64,000 nt of DNA, taken from NCBI GenBank assembly GCA_963667665.2, contig OY763927.2, positions 1,152,001 through 1,216,000 on the forward strand, written 5' to 3'. This DNA is from Nitrosopumilus sp. (GTDB lineage Archaea > Thermoproteota > Nitrososphaeria > Nitrososphaerales > Nitrosopumilaceae). The position numbers and the translations under genes are program-made. The notes beneath the pieces are model-generated. The model had not been told where the DNA came from. It saw nothing but the letters and a program-made list of their open reading frames with translations, and searched no databases. Positions 59,911-64,000 of the stretch are shown one piece after another. Position 1 is the first letter of the stretch, and each line of letters starts with the position of its first letter.

Positions 59911-60885
59911 TTATTTTCTAGATTTGATGTGGTTGTGAACTTTAAATCCAATCAATGCAGGTGCTGCAATATACATTCCCAAGTTGAGTGCAATTACAGA
60001 AATTCCAAGTCCTAGAACTTCAACTTCTGAACCATCTTCAGCTAATGTCATTATTGACAATGATGATATCATTGGAGTGATAAAAGCTCTCACTACTTCT
60101 TGGAACATTGGATTTTCTCTTTCCATGTCAGCAATGATTGGTGAGAATGAATAGTACAATTGATTAAATCCAGTCATGAATGCTATTCCTGATTCAGTAC
60201 TCATTACAGTATTATCTCTAATTTCTCTGAGGAATTGAACTTGTGGTGCTAATTCAGTTCCATATGCTGCTGTTGCAATTAGACAACCACCACCACCTTT
60301 TGCTTCAGGTTCTTTATCCATTACTACTTGGCAAATACCATTTACTAATTCGGTTCCAGCTCCACATGTTGGTTCTGGTTCAGGTGTTGGTTCAGGTGTT
60401 GGTTCAGGTGTTGGTTCAGGTGTTGGTTCAGGTGTTGGTTCAGGTGTTGGTTCAGGTGTTGGTTCAGGTGTAGTACCAACAAACTCTCCACCAACATAAT
60501 TAATTGCAATTTCAGATTTATCGCCACCATATTTTGCTTCAACCATATAATCACCACTTAATTTCCATAGGTTACCACCAGCAGTGAAAGTAAATTGGAA
60601 TGAACCATCAGAGTTTGGAGATAGTTGTCCAATCCCCACAATACTATTGTCAGGAGACCATACCAGATAAGTAATATCACCAGCAGTTAATGATGAAGAT
60701 TCATAATTTTTGATCTGTCCAGAGATAACAACCTGAGAATCATTTGAATATATTGTCAAGTCAGATTCAAGGAATACTGGAGGAACATTATGTTCATCGG
60801 CAAAAGCAGAACCATTAACACCATAAGATAGGATTGAAATAAATAATAATGCAAACGCTAGGAATGCTGAAAGCCTCATTTTCAT
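59911..60885 (-). CDS. CFI-box-CTERM surface protein with a (PTPE)n stalk
   Basis: Signal peptide, Ig-like domain, CGAGTELVNGIC, GGGCLIATAAYG...QVQFLREIRD, C-terminal TM helix. Confidence 0.9.
   Translation of the reverse strand: MKMRLSAFLAFALLFISILSYGVNGSAFADEHNVPPVFLESDLTIYSNDSQVVISGQIKNYESSSLTAGDITYLVWSPDNSIVGIGQLSPNSDGSFQFTFTAGGNLWKLSGDYMVEAKYGGDKSEIAINYVGGEFVGTTPEPTPEPTPEPTPEPTPEPTPEPTPEPTPEPEPTCGAGTELVNGICQVVMDKEPEAKGGGGCLIATAAYGTELAPQVQFLREIRDNTVMSTESGIAFMTGFNQLYYSFSPIIADMERENPMFQEVVRAFITPMISSLSIMTLAEDGSEVEVLGLGISVIALNLGMYIAAPALIGFKVHNHIKSRK
60379..60471. repeat. 12-bp tandem repeat (TTCAGGTGTTGG) x~7.75 encoding PTPE
   Basis: Counted directly. Confidence 0.95.
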
Positions 60886-60939
60886 TTTGAATCTGAGTTG
60901 AGAGTATTTATGTATTAAATGAAATAAAAATTGACAGTA

Positions 60940-63900
60940 TTATACTAGAATTATACCTTTTTTGACCAAGTATTGGATCGACTCTATAAAGTCTTCATCA
61001 GATATTTGTTCATCAGCCCACCATTTGGCATTATTTTTGATCCAATCAGGAATTTCTCGTTCAAAAGAACTTCTCTCAGAAGGCATAACAGAGATTATTT
61101 CTTTATCAATTAGATGTTCAATTCCGTCAATAAATTCATTATCAGAAATACTGTTTGAAGACCACCAACGGGCATTATTTTTAATCCAATCAGGTATAAT
61201 TTCTGAAATTACAGAAAATGATAAAGTTCCAATATTTTTGTCATCATAGGAAAGATGGATTAAATATTTTCCAGGTGAGGAATTAGCATTTACAGTAAAA
61301 ATTGACTTGTAGCCGCCACTTGTACTTAGAGTTGCAGCAAAGTTTTGATCAGTTCCATCAGGATTTGTAAGAGTGATAGATAATGGAATTCCACGTTTTT
61401 GGTTCTTTATACTTCCAGACAAAATTATTTCTTGAACAGAACCAGTGTCTGGTAATGAAACTTTATCATGACTCAATTTTGCGGGACTAGAGAATGAGAC
61501 TGAAGTTTTCGAACTTGACAAACTGAAGATATTTGAATTTCCAGAGGCATCACGTGAATCATAATATCGTGCATCAATACTACCTCCAGCTGGCGAAATT
61601 AATTTTGAGCCAGTTCTATCACAAATCCATGATGGTAACTTAAAGACGCCCTCAAAGATTCCAGTACTTGGTCCTGTTTCAATTAGAGCAAATCCTGATG
61701 AAGCTAAACCACTATACTCAACACCGTCAATGGTACAACGTTTGTAACGAATGTCTTTGATTTTGATCTCTAACAAAATATTTCCATCTTTTCCTACAGT
61801 ATCAACAATAGGAGAATTTGGATCATTGATAGATTGATAGATTTCTATTGTATCACTTTTTAAATTAAGATCAGAATCTTTGAGAATAATGGTAACTGGT
61901 TGTCCAAATCGATACGTTGTTGAAGTAGTTGAAACTGTTCCAGAACTTGTTGATACATCAGATTTTGTAGAAGTTGTAGTAATCACACCGGTCTCATCTA
62001 AATCAGAATAAGATATTGCAATTCCTTCTTCATCAATTAATCTGTCGGTTACAATAATTTTTATTTCATCATCAATAGTTTGTATGGTTTGAATAAAATT
62101 AGGATCTAATATATTCAATTGATTTGTTACAGCATACTCAAAAGTACCTTCAAAAGTAGAAGAATTATCCTGAGTTTCTTCTAATTCAAAACGATAAATT
62201 GAATTGTTTATACTTTGATCATTTTTTAATCCAAATGAAAATAAATCAAAAACAATTGGTTGTTTGTTTGTTTCACTAGTAATAGACATTGCTCCAGAAG
62301 AATCAAAATCAATTATAAGAAATACAGTTCCGCTTTTAGCTGCAATAGCTTTCACATCCACATCATCAATTTGGATAAATCCTTGCGATGATGAAATATC
62401 GCCTGCATCAACTATAGTTATTGTGGATGAACCAAGAGTTACAAAAGAAAGAGCAAATGTAGTATCACTAAAATCAGAAATTCCAAAGTCACTTTCAAAG
62501 GATCTTAAATCATAATTTATCCAATTTGTACCATCTGTGTTTGATTCAGATACATCAAGCAAAATTGAAGATAGTGATAGTGCGGAAATTCCCAAGTCTA
62601 TTGAAAACATTTCATATGTGCCATCATCTACAATAGATGTGTCAATTACCAGCCGGTCAGAGTTAAAGTCAGGCACGGAAGAGTTTGCATCATCACCTAT
62701 AGGAAAAGTAGCAGATGATGTGTGAAATAGTACATCCTGAGTATTCTCAAAAGTAATAGGATTTCCGATTGTGATGGTTGGTATGATTGCTGTTGTTCTA
62801 AATACATCCAAATCACCGCGTGCGCCAGTGTTTAGATTTTGATCAGGATCTACCAAAATTACAGGGTATTCAGTTCCAGGATGAAGAGTTTCACCATTTG
62901 CAATTGTCAATACTGGGTCAGGGTTAAGCGAGACTGAAGCAGTTGAAGATCCTGTCAAAACTGAGATAGAATCTTTATTGTAATTGATTATTCCAGTTTG
63001 ACCACGTGGAGCATCATCAAGAATTCCTATTGTAGATTGATCACTTGAATCAAAGTTTTCAAAAAGTCCAGAATTTGGTTCTTGTTCAACTAATGTGACA
63101 ATTTTAGAAAATGTGTTTGTACCCCCATCACCTACTGAAGAATTAGGTTGATCACTGTTTATTTTTAGCTCCATTATGTTTCCAAGATTCAAAGAGAGTT
63201 TACCATTATCTTCAAATCCTAAGTTTGAAAGATATGGAACCAAATCTACTAAACCTGCCCCTCCATTTGCAGAGCTAGTACCAGCATTATCATATGCTTG
63301 ATAAAATGTACTCATTGTAGAATTAATGTTAAAAGTCCAAGAGTCTTCATCAGTAGGATCTTGATTTAATTGAAAGTCATTTACATTTAGAAAAACTTCG
63401 GCATTATCGGGATATAGATCTCTATCTATACTAAAAGAAATATTTTGTATTTCATCATATTCAAGTGAAACTTGTTGTGATGGGCCACCAGGATTGTATT
63501 GAATTATTACATCATCAAATGAATAGAGTTGAATTAATGGCCAAGCATTAGAATCTAATCCAATTTGTCCAGTAGGAATATTTGGATTTGTATTAATTGA
63601 TTTTGCTTTTCTAACTATATTATTCAAATTTGTAGAACCAGTTGGAGAACCAGTACAGGAACTAAATGAGGAATCGCCATTAGTAAAACTCCCCAAACCT
63701 ACAGATTGAGGTACTGCAACTCCATCAGTTTCAGATATAGTAATTCCAAATACAGATGATGATGTATCTCTACTACAGAAAACTCCAAAATCTAATCCTT
63801 GTCCAGCTAATCCTACCGTAGAATCTGCTATCTTTGCCTTCTCGACATTTGCAAAATAAGCATACCAATTACCATCAGTGGCCTGAACCATTCGTAATGA

Positions 63901-64000
63901 TTTTCCATTAAGTGTAACATCAGGTTCTCCCTTTCCATCATCAGTATCATGTAGATTTGAATCACGAATAACTACTTCAATTACCATAGAGCCTGAAAAA
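60940..64000 (-). CDS. Large S-layer-like secreted protein with two C-terminal IPDWIKNNA.WW repeats; 5' end lies outside the window
   Basis: Frame open to the window edge (FSGSMVIEVV...); KGEPDVT.NGK.LRMVQA.DGNWY, DPDQN and ETGPSTGIF motifs resemble Nitrosopumilus S-layer proteins. Confidence 0.78.
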   Translation of the reverse strand, partial: FSGSMVIEVVIRDSNLHDTDDGKGEPDVTLNGKSLRMVQATDGNWYAYFANVEKAKIADSTVGLAGQGLDFGVFCSRDTSSSVFGITISETDGVAVPQSVGLGSFTNGDSSFSSCTGSPTGSTNLNNIVRKAKSINTNPNIPTGQIGLDSNAWPLIQLYSFDDVIIQYNPGGPSQQVSLEYDEIQNISFSIDRDLYPDNAEVFLNVNDFQLNQDPTDEDSWTFNINSTMSTFYQAYDNAGTSSANGGAGLVDLVPYLSNLGFEDNGKLSLNLGNIMELKINSDQPNSSVGDGGTNTFSKIVTLVEQEPNSGLFENFDSSDQSTIGILDDAPRGQTGIINYNKDSISVLTGSSTASVSLNPDPVLTIANGETLHPGTEYPVILVDPDQNLNTGARGDLDVFRTTAIIPTITIGNPITFENTQDVLFHTSSATFPIGDDANSSVPDFNSDRLVIDTSIVDDGTYEMFSIDLGISALSLSSILLDVSESNTDGTNWINYDLRSFESDFGISDFSDTTFALSFVTLGSSTITIVDAGDISSSQGFIQIDDVDVKAIAAKSGTVFLIIDFDSSGAMSITSETNKQPIVFDLFSFGLKNDQSINNSIYRFELEETQDNSSTFEGTFEYAVTNQLNILDPNFIQTIQTIDDEIKIIVTDRLIDEEGIAISYSDLDETGVITTTSTKSDVSTSSGTVSTTSTTYRFGQPVTIILKDSDLNLKSDTIEIYQSINDPNSPIVDTVGKDGNILLEIKIKDIRYKRCTIDGVEYSGLASSGFALIETGPSTGIFEGVFKLPSWICDRTGSKLISPAGGSIDARYYDSRDASGNSNIFSLSSSKTSVSFSSPAKLSHDKVSLPDTGSVQEIILSGSIKNQKRGIPLSITLTNPDGTDQNFAATLSTSGGYKSIFTVNANSSPGKYLIHLSYDDKNIGTLSFSVISEIIPDWIKNNARWWSSNSISDNEFIDGIEHLIDKEIISVMPSERSSFEREIPDWIKNNAKWWADEQISDEDFIESIQYLVKKGIILV

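Noticed and set aside
17-62725. Numerous 60-180 aa ORFs antisense or out of frame within core genes
   Set aside because: They overlap well-supported genes and lack recognisable motifs.

Overview
AT-rich chromosome segment of a marine ammonia-oxidising archaeon (Nitrosopumilus-like Thaumarchaeota/Nitrososphaerota). The assignment rests on an unsplit Rpo1 (A'+A''), archaeal ribosomal proteins, PEFG-CTERM and CFI-box-CTERM surface proteins and an S-layer-like protein. Most of the window is core machinery: secY, r-proteins, ftsY, secE-spt5-rpl11, rpl1-rpl10, alaS, leuS, an intron-containing tRNA-Gln, the rpoH-B-A-nusA-rps12-rps7 cluster, and larC-larE-iscS/mdh-larB. Two accessory blocks stand out. 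(1) A ~9.5 kb block between rpl10 and rpl12 holds a full glycine cleavage system, lipoate synthesis/ligation genes, an LLM oxidoreductase and a type III PKS/KAS III-like enzyme. (2) A 3,827-bp unit transposon (46373-50199) has ~55-bp imperfect terminal inverted repeats, an exact 8-bp target-site duplication, a SWIM/Zn-ribbon IS6-like DDE transposase, and cargo on both sides (AbrB-like regulator, frameshifted OB-fold-like gene, DUF488). It sits at a terminator/promoter junction in an array of PEFG-CTERM genes whose 3' ends are nearly identical in DNA. Smaller observations include a probable CTG start for pckA, a decayed FtsY C-terminal tail and a candidate small RNA after leuS. Product calls come from motif recognition only; no database searches were run.
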